Counted from the whole stretch's first letter, positions 29,500 through 43,848 are shown. The stretch is 63,438 bases of DNA, filler included, from Choristocarpus tenellus KU-1152 (GCA_964200185.2; 13 parts of 13 records of this genome joined end to end with filler, not necessarily neighbours in it); one strand, 5' to 3'. Numbers and translations: made by a program. Notes: generated from the letters alone by a model not told the origin.

Positions 29500-31950
29500 A
29501 AGTTTTGAATAGACAGGCACAGACCAGGCACAGTCTATCCCTAATACCCATGCACAGTTCATCCCTGCTACCCAGGAACAGCCCCCTTCTGTCCCTTTCC
29601 TTCTTGTGCGGGTGGAGACTACTGTCTCTCCTAGCTACAGAACACATAGCCCCTGCTGCGCCTTTCCTCTTCCTAATACTGGTTGAGAACTGTAGGTGCT
29701 TAGAGGTGGATGTCACGGTTCTCTTGTCCTCCCACAGTCCCACAGGTTTACCCAGGCACACCTCCCCGCTGTTCCTTTCCTCCTGATGCTGCGGGAGGAC
29801 AGTGACTACAAGTTGGTGGAGATTTTCCTCCTCTCTCCCCCCTGGCTGTTTAGGGGCCCCCTCATAGAGCGATATATTTTTTAAGACACCTGCATTTGGT
29901 TGGCATATCCTGGAGGAAGAGGGGTATGATGGGGTGATAAAAATCACATCTGGTGTTGGGGGATGAAGGCTTGCCTTGACCTGAACTCAATGCCACAGTC
30001 CAGTCTCCACCCTCCATATATAGTTCCCCTTTCAAATATAGAGATAAGCTCTCTACAAAAAAAATCTTCCACATGTAGACTTTTTATGGACCACATACTG
30101 TTGTGTTTTAGTTGTGTAGCACCCTCCCAGATCCCTAACAGAAATGCAACCCACCCTTCAGGTGTGGGTAGTGGCACTCACCAACCATGCAGTAGGGCCT
30201 CATTGCCTGTTGCCTCATCATTATCCTTCAATATACTACGAACAACCCTTGTCGAGTGTTGGGTCCTGGTGACCAACCATGTGGCATGACCAACTACCAA
30301 CCATCATCGCGAGTGCCACTGATATCTGCTTGGAAACAGAAAAGTCACTGGCAAGCATTTTTTGTCTATGTCATTGCCATAGGCACATCCAATTTCAATT
30401 AGCTAAAATTCCTAATCAGTTCCAATATTGTTGGAACAATTATTTCTTGGCTGTATTTCATCCATTGGACCCTTTGACCAGAATTTGTACCTAGTGAAAA
30501 GAGGAACATACCAATCTCTGTCTACTTGAAGAAATCATTTCCCGAAAAAACTGAGGCTCAAGGATTGATCAAACCATCTAAATGGATCATACTATGGAAG
30601 AGGTCTTGATTATGTGGTGTAGGGCATGTTATCCCATCCTGACAGTAGCTGTGGGTGTAATATGTGATAGCAACAGAACAGCCACAGGATGCCTTTCTCC
30701 AACCAAGTTGTGATCTATTACCTTGGTGGGCAATGATAGTTGTTGGTTGGCCCCACTGTGAATACTCCATGACCTGGAGCCCACTTGTCCACTAGAAAGA
30801 GCTCTAAAAACCTCCACTTGAGAATCTTCAATGTAGGTGTTAATTGAACTACGAAACAGTAACCTGTGTATATCAGCATCACCTCATAACAGGGTGGCAT
30901 GAAGGGGTCTACTGTACAACATAACAAAGCAGGTGTGAAAATCAGAGTTTAACAGGGGTATATGATGCAACACATTTGAGTTTATCTCAGCTATGTGCAA
31001 GGTGCTGCACTCAGGCTACATTCTTCTCAAGAGAAGTTATACTAATAGGTTGTATTGCATTATTACAACTAGTTTTCTACTTGTATTGCACTGAAAACAA
31101 TAACGATGAAGGGTTGGTGGACTGTCCTTGTTGGGGCTGATAGGAGACTGGAGGTAAGAACAAAATGTCTAATAACATTTATCTTTTTTTGCAACAGCAA
31201 GTATGTGTTGTTTAATCAGATGTGACAGACACATTCCAAATACATTAATATTCGGATAAATCTCTGCTATTCAATAATAGGCCCCCTTGTGATCGACAAT
31301 GGAAGCATTCTTGGTCACTTCTTGAGTATGTGTTTTGGACAATGAAGAGTGCTCCAGATTCAAATGAGTGAATTAAAAAAGAACTATTCCGAAACTGTGT
31401 CCTCTTGTACTGAACTCCCTAATTAAAGTATAAAACACTGACAGGGATGAAAATACTCAGAACTGTCATGGGACTGACAAATGCAATTCAGCAAGCACCA
31501 AAAAGTAAAAAAAATATCCTCAAGGGGGGTGGCTTTGACCATTTTGAACTTAAGGATTCGTATAAAATGTTGTGCCTGAAATCCAATTTCAATGGCCCTA
31601 TGCAGGGTACCCTAATCAGGAGTCTGTGGATGTAGAAGATATGTCCAGATTAAAGAGGAAATTGCCTTTTCCCACATACACACCCCACACATAACATTAA
31701 TTCCAGGAGGTAGTCACAAAGGGTCCTTAAGATCAATGGCAGCCCACTTTAGGATACTCTGGGTCAAATCAAGTTCAGGCAAGGGTTGTAGATGTAGCAT
31801 GAAAAACTCTAACATTAGAACATCTGCCTTAGCTGGCTGGTTGATAACTGATAACAGCAAATGAAGAGTCAACAGCCTTGAACAAAGCGCATAAATGTGC
31901 GTTTTTCTGATTAGGCACAGGAAACCCAAATTCTTAGCATGCCAGGATGT
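29500..31950 (-). mobile_element. Heavily decayed Ty3/Gypsy-like relic (integrase traces)
   Basis: LQPLPELD...WAAIDLKDPL (integrase LQPLP..W...xD.xxPL) and a TTFY...NGQS trace near 31550. Extremely CpG-poor. Boundaries approximate. Confidence 0.4.
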
Positions 31951-32247
31951 GGCAAGCTAACAATGTTTGTACACCCAACCTCATCACTATTACTAATGCA
32001 TGGTCTTGCTCATATTCAACATTTTTTCATTCTAAATCAATACATAGGTGCAAGTGCAGCACCTCTCTATGGCCTTGGAGGCAACAATGAGGATGTTGAG
32101 GCTAGAATAAGCAACCCAACTCACCAACCACATACATGTATTTCCAAGAACGAGGGTGCAATATTTACAAACACCAAGCAGAAAACACTTCAAGAAAAAA
32201 CAAAAATTGGTAGGTCCTCCTCAGCTCACTGCATGTCAGAAGCCCCT

Positions 32248-35200
32248 TCACCCTTCCATCTCCCCATCTGATGACTCTCCATCAACATCTTCCAGCACTT
32301 GTGTGGTACCACCAGTTGTAGCAAAGTTAGATGCACTGGCTGGATCAAGGCTATATGCTGCTGAGCGTTCTCGGGCTTGGTACCACTTTACAAGCTCTGA
32401 AGCTAGGTGAACAACCTGTGAAAGGTGAACAGCAAGGATCACATGCACACTTGAGGGTTCTGTGGTACTTCAAGCACGGTTATTTTTGTGCCTACAAAAT
32501 GGAAAATTAGTACTCTACTGTCCAACATAAACCCCATAACTGTAAGAAGCTTCTTGGCATCCGCAAACCAAGTCCTTTCTTACCAACACACCAACATTGA
32601 CAACACCATTGATAATACCATTGATAACAACATCTCACCCGTACAGCGACAGGTGGCTGAAAGGTCACCTCTCCACCACCCAAACTTGTAACCACGTATT
32701 GTGCTCCACCCCAAGACCTCACAAGCTGAAGAAGAGTAGCTGGCATTCCCATCTCTGCTGCCAAGTGATTGCGTAGTTGCTGGTCCTCCCATATTCGCAC
32801 CAAATGTCCCGTCTAGAACAAAAAACAAGGACATGAGTGTGTGACTTTCATGCATCAAATACCAGGCACAGGATACAAAAACATGCACACTAGTGCCATT
32901 AGGACACCGCAAAGTCTGCGACACCAGGGCACACCCACAATATATTATATAATATTAGCAACGGCGACAGAAGATTCTACTCTTATGGTTAGGGTTACTA
33001 GATTAATCGATTATTCTCCCTCTGCCGATACTTTGTATCAATCTACAAAAACTTCTAGACAGTACTATGAATAGTAGTATCATACACAGCAGGCACTTAG
33101 CATTTGTAGCATATCATACACACCTGATCTGGACTTGGGACAAGGTTGAGGTCTGCAAATACCTCATCCATGAGCCTGAACGCTTCTCGAATAGCCTGTA
33201 TCAAACAAGAATCAACTGTTTTGGTTAGAAAGATATAATCACAATGAATGTCAAGGAGAGAATATTGAGGACAAAATCACAAATGCAATTATGTTTTTGT
33301 CAAACTTTTACACCTCACCTCTGTTGCATCCACATGGCATCGCCGAGGTAGCTTTGTTAGAGTGTTCTCCCATAATCGTGGAAGGGGAATGAAGCTTGCC
33401 TGTCAAATGTAATAGAACATGCATAAAGATGTATTTAGTTCACGCCATGACATGTACCAGCAGCATCTCAACTCAACCCTTGCAGTGTGAAGAAGCATGC
33501 CTTTAGTCTGCCACACACTCACAATGTGCTGAAATACAGCCCGGTTAGAAGATATTGGTGAGGTGAGGCTTTTGACAAGCATTGACAGAGATGGAGACTC
33601 CACAATTCCTGGTTGGTAAGCTGAAACTGCTAGTTTTCCACTAGTGTAGTGGTCAAAGACACGCTGAAGAACATGCGTTCGCTCTGCGCACTCTGCATCC
33701 TGTCCAGCAGTGCACAAGTTGGAAGGCGTTGGTATTATTCAGCAGCACAACAGAAGACTCTTCTTCTACTATTGAACTGAGACTGCCCTATCATAAATAC
33801 TACACAGAACATCAAATCAAGTCCTAAAACCACTGCAAACACCCTGACACTGAGCACAAGGACAAGACTTGCAGGGAAAAATACCAAATGTGCATACGGT
33901 AGTACGACTAAGAAAAGGAAAGGCAAGTTGCACATCAACACAAACATGCATATACCTGCATTAACCTCATTTGGTTTAGAGGATGCAGCATCTCGAGAAT
34001 TTTTTGATGGCGCCTCTTGGTTGCTGTATCCTTTGCTGTTCGGCCACGACTGTCTTTTTGATGCAGTTCTGCCCCAGCAGTTAGAAGGACAAGTACCACC
34101 TCCTCATGACCCCGTTTACAGGCTAGCATGAGAGCTGTGCTGCCTTGTGCTGTCTGCATAATCAAGACAAGAGATGTTTGTAAGCACCTCAGAGCAAAAG
34201 GTGAAGTTTGAGGAGACAAGGCACTAGCATCCATCTCTTCACACTCACTTGAATCAGCTATCATTAGCACACTGCAGCAACCTCTCCTCTATCACACAAC
34301 ATTGCAACTCTCTACATTATCCTCGAGAATGCATGAACCCCAACATGCTATACAAGGGCAAGCCTGATAAAATGTACCCACCATACCTGGCCATCAATCT
34401 CTGCATTGTGGTGAATCAGAGCCTTGACGATAGCAGCATGTCCTCTCTGAAGAGGGGTTTGACAGGTCAAAAGGGTCAGCAAAATAGCAGTATGGAGACC
34501 TTGAACCATCATGTGTAGACCCCTACAAAAGTACCACTCATAGCTTATCACTGACCTGTGAGCCAAGCATGAGTGCATTCATCAGTTCATTGTTCCGCTT
34601 GCTGACATCAGCCCCAGCTTTGATAAGTATTTGAACTACTTTCTCATTTCCCTCTTGAGTTGCCCTCATGAGTGCTGTTGTCCCCTTGTTGTTAGCTTTG
34701 TCAACCAAAGCATTCGCCCTCACTAAAATCTTGACCACCTCTGCGTGCCCTGTATCACATAACCAAGATTAATATGTCAACTACTCAAATATATGAAATC
34801 ACAAGCACCACAAGAAACTTGAGTTGTGTGACAATGCTAAGTTGTCTTGTCTTGTCAGACCAACTCATGTATGGTATGAGGGTGGGGACTACAATTTATT
34901 CAATGTTTGAGGCAGGAAATGAGAAAGTATTCAAAGCAATAAAACTGCAATAACCAGCAAGGCAAGGTGTATCATTGATTGTCACTACACTTTGGAGACA
35001 TTTTCTTATTGTATTTTTTCGGTCACTATATTGTTGTGATTGGGATATGGGCTTATAAGAGCACCCAGGTTGGGAAAAGCAGGGGTAATTTGGACAGTGG
35101 TCCTGTCTCAAAAGTCCGAGGTGTAGCTGGCAGTAGGACACAGACAATCATGTGTGCAGTAGAATGAGGTTAAAGGCCCCTCAACTAGTGAGTCATAAAT

Positions 35201-35894
35201 GAAAAACCTGCAGTACACAAAGGAAGAGTCTCAGGTCCAATATTTTAGTGGCTGAAAGTTTGGTTGATTTTCTCAGATATTCAAAATACCTCCATAACTC
35301 ATGAATACAATTATAATTCATATCTAACCCAGACATGAGCCATACAGTTATCTCACCAAAATGGGAGGCCTGGATGAGTGGAGTGGATCCATTGTTGCTG
35401 TCAATGTTGACATCAGCATTTGCAGCTATCAGCATCTGGACAATCTTCTCTCTGCCTTTGTGTGCTGCGACAGAGAGTGATGTGATGCCTGACAAAAGGC
35501 AAGTACAGCAAACATTCACACATGCACATTTGTTTGTACCTTTTCAAAATAATATTCACGCATAGTCAACCTCCTCCAAACCTGACCAATGAAGAGCTGA
35601 CTATCTTATACAAACACCAAACAACAGGCATGAACAGTTGCATATCCAAGCATAGGACTGTTGTACAAAAATCACAAAACCATGGTCAAATAAGGGATAG
35701 GTACAAGGCAGCCCTAAAAAGTTGTACATAATCATACATGGAATGGCACTGAGTGCATACATTATATCATCCCTCGTGGACACACCTTTTTGGTTCTGCC
35801 AGTTGACCTTTGTCTCAGGGATTTCAAGCAGGACACTTACTGCCTCATCATGACCCGCCTTTGCAGCAATGTAGAGAGCTGTGTCACCATCATT
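32248..35894 (-). CDS. Ankyrin-repeat protein with helical C-terminal domain, 5'-partial. Exons 35894-35786, 35488-35357, 34749-34556, 34446-34387, 34153-33956, 33699-33523, 33399-33319, 33195-33124, 32812-32639, 32415-32248, plus at least one unresolved upstream exon
   Basis: Seven or more ANK repeats (GDTALYIAAKAGH, GITSLSVAAHKGR, GSTPLIQASHFGH, GTTALMRATQEGN, MNALMLGSQRGH, GSTALMLACKRGH, GRTAKD). All junctions are GT-AG and in phase. Confidence 0.9.
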
Positions 35895-37208
35895 CTGCCA
35901 ACAGCATAACACATACCGAGGTAATGAGTGCAGGACTACAAGTACCAATATGGCATACAGAACACCTCCACTTGCATTTCTCAAGTGCCATTATCAAATT
36001 CTTCATTGTGAAGAGGTACCTTGCAACATTGTTAAAATGTTGTTTGAGAATCAATTTAAATCAGTGAGCTCATTAAGGAATTTATGTATGACCATAAAAA
36101 GTTCCTGTTCAAATGAAAGATGTCTGTTGACTTCTTACATAGTGGTCAGTATTTCTACAATAACATAATTGTTGAAACATAAAACACATGATCCTTGTCA
36201 CACCAGGACCAACACTCAGTGTGAACAATGAAAAAGACACTGACTTACAGCATACAATGATGATATTCTTGAATAGAAGACTCTACAGTCATAAACAGTA
36301 CAAAAATCGCACACTCTCATCAAGATGCTACAGAGCAACATGCTTGCCTACGTAGATAATTGATCACATCTAATAGCAAATGCAAAACATGTGAATTTCT
36401 TTTGAAATATCAACTATAGTACCATCATATACATTTCTAGTATAACTAGACAGTAGAAAGAGGACTGACGAGTTTCCTGGTCATCCATATATTGATATAT
36501 ATTGTTTGAAGGTTCATACCAAAAAGAATATTCCAAATGTGGCTATGAGTTTACCGCATCAGTCACATCAGTGAAAATGATCCAAATAGAACTCGTATCT
36601 CACAAAAATTGAAACTTAGGACAACTCTAGCCGTGCACCTCTTGTTGGTGCATGACTACAGTGCACAGAACCTGATCAAGTAGGCTGCAAGTCACACAAC
36701 ATTGATTGTGAATCTGATGTCAAAGCGGCAGCAAGACTTCATCACCAACACAGCAAAACATACTTGACCACTGAGCACACCCATGCATGTGCAGCAAGGT
36801 CTGTTTTTTGTTGGAAAACATGTTGCAACAATTCAACCTAGGGTGAACAATGAAAATTGTAGTGTAACTGCAGAATGGTCTAGAAAAAAGTATGTGAAAT
36901 ACTTTGACACTGCAGAAATACAAGGATACACCATTGTAAAATACCTTGAGCATCCTCTTCATTGATGACCTGGAGTTCATCATAGTTTTCAGCTGTATGG
37001 CTGAATCATTGAAGCTGGAGACACAGCCTACATTCTGAGACCATGCCTTCGCATGTAAATCAATACACAAAGCCTTCAGGCATTCCGCATAACTTGAGAC
37101 CCTAAAGAAACTTTTACCCCTCCCTTTATTCCTCCATACATAATCTCATCTTTATCTATTCATTGTATGCCTCCTGATATTGTCTTGGGAAACAGTTTTT
37201 GTGGATAA

Positions 37209-37464
37209 GAGACAAAGTATCTTAGAGGGTAGAGTCGGGTCCGTTTGGGGGCCAAAATCCAATGTTGCGATTTTGATGAAATTTTGGCTATTGTTTTTGT
37301 TAGGAAGTGTCCATATCCTTGTTCCGAACACATTGTCATAGCATATACATTTTACCTACTCCAAAACATTTCGGAGTAGGAAAACGTGATAAAAAATTCG
37401 TGGGAAGTCAAGCCCCAAATGGACAAACAGGGCAAAATTCGTACCCTCGAAGATGCTTTCACTC
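37209..37464 (+). mobile_element. MITE family A, full length (256 bp)
   Basis: TAA|GAGACAAAGTATCTTAGAGGGTA...TACCCTCGAAGATGCTTTCACTC|TGA. Confidence 0.9.
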
Positions 37465-38863
37465 TGAGGCAATGCCAACTGTTGGAATAATAAACTACAT
37501 GTTAGGATCCCATCAACTTTATGGACATGCTCAAATGCCAATACCCACGTCACGTACTACTATGAAGAGTTTTTGCACGAAGCGATAGAAATAGCGAAAC
37601 TGAAGATGACAGATACGTCAAGGGAAACCCAGTGAAATCACACTTCAAAAAGTTCGAAATATCCGAGTTTACAATTTTTGTATCCACAATAGACAGTATA
37701 GTCACAGGATACACCTCAAATGTTTTGAGCTATTGATGAGCAGAGCAACAAAAATAGCATTGACCGTAGATATTCATGTCCAGTATTTCTACACATTTCT
37801 GCTTTGAGATCACAACAATTTTAGCGAAGAATCTGTGACAAAATCAACAAAATGAAGATGGCAGAGGGGTAACGGGATTCATCCACCACTTCAACTGCAC
37901 AACGCCAAGTCTAGTGTGACAGTATGGGGGCAGTGCAAGGATAAGGCGATATACTGGTGCGGATAGATGGCGCTCTGACTAACAGTTGGTGCTGAGGTGT
38001 ACAATACAGGGTTCAAGTTGGCCAAGAAGAGTTGAGAGAAGTTACGTGAGGAAACAAAGGTCAAACTATTCCGAAATCAGGAAGCACGGATACCACCGCA
38101 GATATCGCATCATAGTCAAGATTTCAGAACATGCCGAAGGAGACCACGTTGCGTTAGCCACTAATTGAGACAAGGTGAAACTACCCGAACTATATCCAGA
38201 GACGAAAAATGCCAGGTTGATGCGTAAGAAACTCTTAACGATGTTCTATCATCTCAAGCAATTTTTGCTATCAGCATGTAATTAAAAAACACATCAAAGG
38301 GAATAGCATCCAAATTCAAGGGGTGACGACGTGGTTAGCCTAACTCACATTCGCTGGTGTGTGCAGTATTGGCGCCCTCGGGTTGTAACGACGCGGGTTC
38401 AGAAAGAATTCTGTCAAGGTAGTTGCTTCTTCTTTCACAGACATTACCCTTCCATCATCACCTTCCATGTTTCTCCTCCTTGCCTGTCCTTCACCCTTCT
38501 CTGTACGTTCCTGTTTCCCTCAAGTAGTGTAGATATTAAGAGATGGTGTATTACATAAACAACAAACGGTACAGCCCTGATCTTGCATTTTTGAAAATAT
38601 ACCAGTTGTACGGTATGAGTGCAAAAGTTGGGGAGAACTTTATACCATTGACAGCTTTGTATTATTTTTTGTTTGATAATTTTATTATATTACTATGCCC
38701 TGACATTTTGCAGATGTGTCAGCGGAGAAACAAATGAAAACTATACATATGTCAGTATAAGGCCCAAAGAAAAGAAAATATCATAAATGTGAAAAACACT
38801 AATCTATTTGTTACTTCACCAGTCAATATTGTACTAGTGCCTTCCTGTGCCTCCCCCATCTAC

Positions 38864-39214
38864 CTACTCCTGCGCCCCAGGGGGAGGAGCTAGGGAGGCA
38901 TCCCAAGAATCCAATAAACCCCTCCATGCCCATCTCCCTGGTGACTCTAGTTTAAAGCGCATGACACGTCTAGACAGTGCCACCTGCTTAGTTACCAAGA
39001 CAATTTGGAGTAGCCGGGGTTTGACTACTCCTTTCCTGCTATATCCTCCAGCTCCTCTCCCCCCTACCCTGTGAGTAGCCAGCTCATCCAGTAAGCATTC
39101 CGGTTGCTTGACAAGGCACCCCAAACTTTCCACCGTGAAGGGTGTTGAGGTTATGTAACTACGAGGATCAAAGGAGCCCTCGTAGTGGGTGTGCTTTTGC
39201 GCCTTGGCTGCTGC
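38864..39214 (-). mobile_element. CRE-like non-LTR retrotransposon, C-terminal endonuclease and 3' end
   Basis: AAAKAQKHTHYEGSFDPRSY...FTVESLGCL...LLDELATH..GG...KGVVK.RLLQIV.V..QVALSRRV matches the RLE tail (K..HY; ES.G). Enters from the right contig end. Confidence 0.7.
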
Positions 39215-39963
39215 NNNNNNNNNNNNNNNNNNNNNNNNNNNNNNNNNNNNNNNNNNNNTTAATTAATTAANNNNNNNNNNNNNNNNNNNNNNNNNNNNNN
39301 NNNNNNNNNNNNNNGTGGTTTGTGAATGGACGGTCCACACACCACCCCCCCCCAGATACTTTGACCCATTCACCACCCTTTTTTTATGTATTTTGGAATA
39401 AAAAGCATTTTAGGACCTGCGCTTGGCGCTTGAGTGGGTGTAGACTATGTGATTATGGCTCAGGGAAGTTACCGTTGGGTTCAAAGTTTGGAGCTGGGAT
39501 GGTTGCCGCCGTTTGGATTGGGTGTGGAAGAGGGGTCATCTGTTGTGAAAATATCGACTCGTGCCGTAGATGTTGGTACGGAGTACGAGGTGCTTCTGCG
39601 TCAACGTTGTTTTAGCAAGGTTTCTGTCAATTGCTCTGTGGTCCGATCAACGCAAAGAGGGGAGGAAAAAGGATTGGGGCATGGCAGTAAGAGCGTTAGA
39701 GGATAGTGGCAGAACGCACTAATCGAGATGAATTCCAGGTTGCCATTGGGCCAATAAAAGCATGCGTATGAGGACATATATAGACACAAACTCTTCAGGA
39801 AGATATTAAAAACAATATACCAAATGTATAAATCCCTTGATTCAGAGAACGTCTGACCTCTCCAGCACAACATGTCTGTCGAGGCATGTCCTTGATTGGT
39901 GAAGTAGAGGGTGACTCACGAACAGGAATTGGCCTAGGTTGCTTCTCAAAGTCGTATCTCTCG

Positions 39964-40860
39964 TCAGTATGGGGGCGGAGTGGGACTTGTCCAGAACCAG
40001 GTCCGTGTAGGAGCGTCTTGGTCTATACTGTATCGTTCCACAAGAAGCTGAATATTTCGCAAGTCGCCATCCTCCCATTTAACCTCGTAGGGGTAGCTGA
40101 CTCGCTCATCTCCAACTTTCACTATGTAGTGGGGCTGGTACTCGGTCACGGTCCCTCGCATCCACTGATCGTCCCATCTGAAGTATAGTCCCCTGCCCTT
40201 GGCACCGGCATTGTTTCTCCCTCATCTAAATCCTGCACAGCCCTCTCAGCGTCGGTTCAAGGAGTATATATTTCTCCGCATCCTTCTCCATGTCAATACG
40301 CTTCCGCTGGTGGTCAACCATCGACCGGCGGCATTGTCTGACACACTGGGCTGCAGCCTCGACACTGTCCCTCTTGTTCTTCTCCCGAACTTGGTCGACA
40401 CCCTCCTCTATCTCGTCCTCTGTCATGTACGACCTCAGATGAGGGGGCAAAGATTTTTCGTCATCGTCCGGAAGGTAGGATGAGTAGATGTACGCCCCTG
40501 AACCGTCCACGTGAACATCGCTGACCTTCCCCTGTACGATAGACCCCCCACTCACGCATAGGATGAAGCTGGTTCCTCGACCGAACCTGGCGTCGGATGT
40601 GTCCCCAAGTCTGAGTTGCCTTGAGAAGCGAGCAGGTATCCCACCGAGGGATTGCCGGTTGGATTCTAAGGTGAACCTCTGGTATTGACCAGGCAGGATC
40701 GTGAATGTGTTGTCCGGGTGGTTGAGGTGGATGTCTGTGAAGACTGGGATGATGATAGCCTGAAGGGGCACGGCGGAGGGACCTGGTTGTGCGTCCTGCA
40801 TCACCACAACGATGTTCGTTGCGGGGGCTGTTTTGGTGTTTTGGACTATTGGCATGTGTT
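39964..40860 (-). pseudogene. Frameshifted ORF with two Tudor/SH3-like domains
   Basis: FGRGTSFILCVSGGSIVQGKVSDVHVDGSGAYIYSSYLPDDDE. After frameshifts near 40260 and 40180: PRAGD..YFRWDDQWMRGTVTEY...YPYEVKWEDGDLRNIQL...TWFW. Confidence 0.6.
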
Positions 40861-41069
40861 TGCGATGATGGTCTTGTTTGGTTGTATAGGGGTGTTGTGT
40901 GTTTTGGTTTTGAGGAATGGAGAGCTTTATGTAGGATAGAGGATACACTTAGACAGCGAAATGAAGGAATGAGATACGCTTATTTTCCCTACTTAACTTG
41001 TAAAATATTATGTGAAAGTTGGCGATTGCGGTTGTAGATTAGGGGAAAAAAATGACACTAGTTTGGAAG

Positions 41070-41976
41070 TCAGGGTTGGACATTATGGGAGGATTTTATT
41101 TGGGTATGAGAGGATATCAGGGGATATGTGACATCTGTATACAGACAGCATGGATTCATTTTTGTGGAGCATTGTTCTCTTAGAAACAATAAGAAGCGTT
41201 TCTCACCGTGTCCGTCCGTGACATGTGAATAGTTGGCAGGCACTCCATCAACAAAGCTAGCACTCAGCACCTCGAAGTCTTCAGTGACAAAGACGACCTC
41301 ATCTCCAGCACTGAACATCCCTCCGTAGCTGGAGTGGTGCCTGGCGTTCCATTGAATCGTGTCCTTGCGGTGGACAGTGAACAGCAATAACTCTATACCA
41401 TTGTACTCCGATGGCTGTGTCCGCATAATGCATATGTTCTCCTCAGCGAGCAGTCGTCTCTTCTTCCTCGATAGCTGGCTTCTCAGATACATATCACCCG
41501 TTCCTGTTTCTGTGGAAAATCCGAGGTCTATCTCCTTAAGCGGGGGCACGTGGGTTAGTTGTCACCTGCATTGGGTCAGGTTGCCGATGGAACAGTTCGT
41601 GCAGTAGCACGACAATTCGGTGTACATCAATGTACAGGAGTCTCCAGTGGTGAGCCGACCAGTGAAGAACCTGTGCATGGACTTGATTCCACCGAGGTTT
41701 GGGACACGTGGGTCGTGTCGTTCCGCGTGGTCAATGTTGTAAGCCGGAAGGTGGACTATCTCCTGTATTCGGAACGTGCTGATGTATAGAAGTTTCGTAG
41801 ACGTGTTACTGTGCGGTCTGCCGTCCCTATCCGTCCAATCGTAAAGGTTGTGGTGATTGTGTGTATATGGGGAGGGGTGGTACGTGTTGGAGTCAGTGTT
41901 GTTGGTACTGAGGCGGGGTCCTATGACCGAATTGATGTTATGGCATTTTCTTTGGGATGATATGTGCTACCTATCC
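41070..41976 (-). pseudogene. Sola2-like DDD transposase, C-terminal half, disrupted
   Basis: In frame upstream of the listed ORF 41070-41549, across one TGA: HNHHNLYDW...NLGGIKSMHRFFTG...TLMYTELSCYCTNCSIGNLTQC, then FSAGDEVVFV. Resembles the G.xx.H.F...LSC.C..C..G....C tail recalled for Sola2-type transposases. Catalytic core not seen. Confidence 0.55.
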
Positions 41977-42586
41977 TGTAACAAGTGTTTGGTAAATGAG
42001 AGATGTTAATATGGGGAGGAAAACTATAACTTAGAGTTTTGGGTTAGTTTGACGGTTGGCACACGTTTGCAAAATAGAGGGCAAGATGATTGTAAGTGTG
42101 CACGGACGGTCTGCAGTCGATTGATACACCAAACACACAACCTAGACTCTCACAGATCTCACCGACTTTGACAGTTTCACAACGAACATTGTCACAGGGT
42201 TCTCCGGTTTCATATGTTGCAAAGTTGCTCGTCGAACAGATTGATTCATACTTTCCCTGTGTTGCATTGATCAACAGAACCCGATAAAAGGAGGGAAATT
42301 ATGTCGTGACTACATGCTAGTCCTATGCGCATCCTCTTCACCCTATGTTACTGGCCCTATTTTTCTTCCTGTTTTATGGGCTTGAATAATCCGCCCAAGT
42401 TTAACGAACCGCTAGTACTCTGATCCATCCATCATTTCCTCAGTCCCTGCCTCCTCCTCTGTATCCTGCCTCGCTTACTCCTTCTCACCAACCTCCATCT
42501 CATCCTTTGCCTCCTAACGATAACACCCCTCCCGTTGTTTTGACCCCTACTTCACCAAGTCCTTTGCCTACTCCTCCACCATCACA

Positions 42587-43750
42587 GAGATAAGACGAGG
42601 TACAACCATCGTGATCACCCCAGGCAAGAACGACACATCCGAGCACGACCTCGAGAAGTTCAAGTCCGAAATGATCGCCGCTCACGACAGAGAAGTCGCC
42701 CTTCTCCAGACCCGACCAGGAGGCATGGTAATCACATGCACCGCCCTCGGGGACAACCTAGATCCATCCGGATCGTATCAAACTCCTCATAGACAAACTC
42801 TCCACCATCCGCAATTTTGCACTGGTGAAGACACCGGTAGCTGGTGGCGTATCCATACCTATACTCTATGGAAGACCCAACCCACCAGATGATGAAGAGG
42901 AACGAGATAGCCCATCACCTAGCCCGGTAGTAGGTACGGGAACCAGGACTCTACGAGGGGGGAGGCATACAATCACACCCTTGGAACACGACTCTGAAGG
43001 CAATGGGGGCCGACCCGTTTGTAACGCTGTGTCATGTCCGGAGGAACTTGCACAGGAGGACGTGAGGGGGCGGCTAGGCAAGGGCTCAGAGTCCACGCTG
43101 TCAGGAGTGACCCATTTATGTCCCCGAACGTCCATTCGTCGGGCAGCAGCGGTGACGAGTCACAAGTGCCAGGGAACACCTACGAGCCATAGTGTGAGGT
43201 GGAGTGAGAACCGCGTCCATGCCGATCCTACCCCAACCCTGAGGGACAAGCCTTCCGAGAAGGGCAAAGGAAAGTGGAAAAGGACGCGAATTAGGAAGAG
43301 GGTTAGAGAAGACTCTGAAGACGATGTGGACCGACCCGATTGTGAGGCTTTCTCTCTCACTTGTACAGGAAGACGTGGGTGGGCGTTCAGGCACCGACTC
43401 AGAGTCCACGCCTGTCGGGAGTGAGCCCGGAATGTCCCCAAACGCCCATTCGGTGGGCAGCGGCAGTGACGAGGCACATGTGGTTAAGCTCAAGATCTGC
43501 GAAATCAATGAAGACCACAATGCCAGTGGCTCCTTGGGACCGTAGGCCGTATCTAGGCAATAGGTGTCGCGATATCGCATCACAGTCTCCTATCCCAACA
43601 ACACCGTTACCAAAAAATGTAAAGGACGTGGACTCGGTCCAGATTACTGACACAAGTATCCATCAAGTGTACATTACATGTCCTAACCCAACAACACCGA
43701 TACCAAACACAAATTTGAAGACATTGACTCCATCCAAACTATTCACGTAG
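42587..43750 (+). pseudogene. Frameshifted unknown low-complexity ORF with ~120-bp internal direct repeat
   Basis: Overlapping ORFs 42611-42892, 42825-43424 and 43324-43545 join by frameshift. Repeat 43050-43168 vs 43363-43482. Confidence 0.45.
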
Positions 43751-43848
43751 GTATTCATCAAGTGTACCTATTCGATAGTGATCTACGTATATCAGCTTTT
43801 ATACCCTAATCGTTCGTTGAAATAATCAACGTTTGATATTCTATTACT

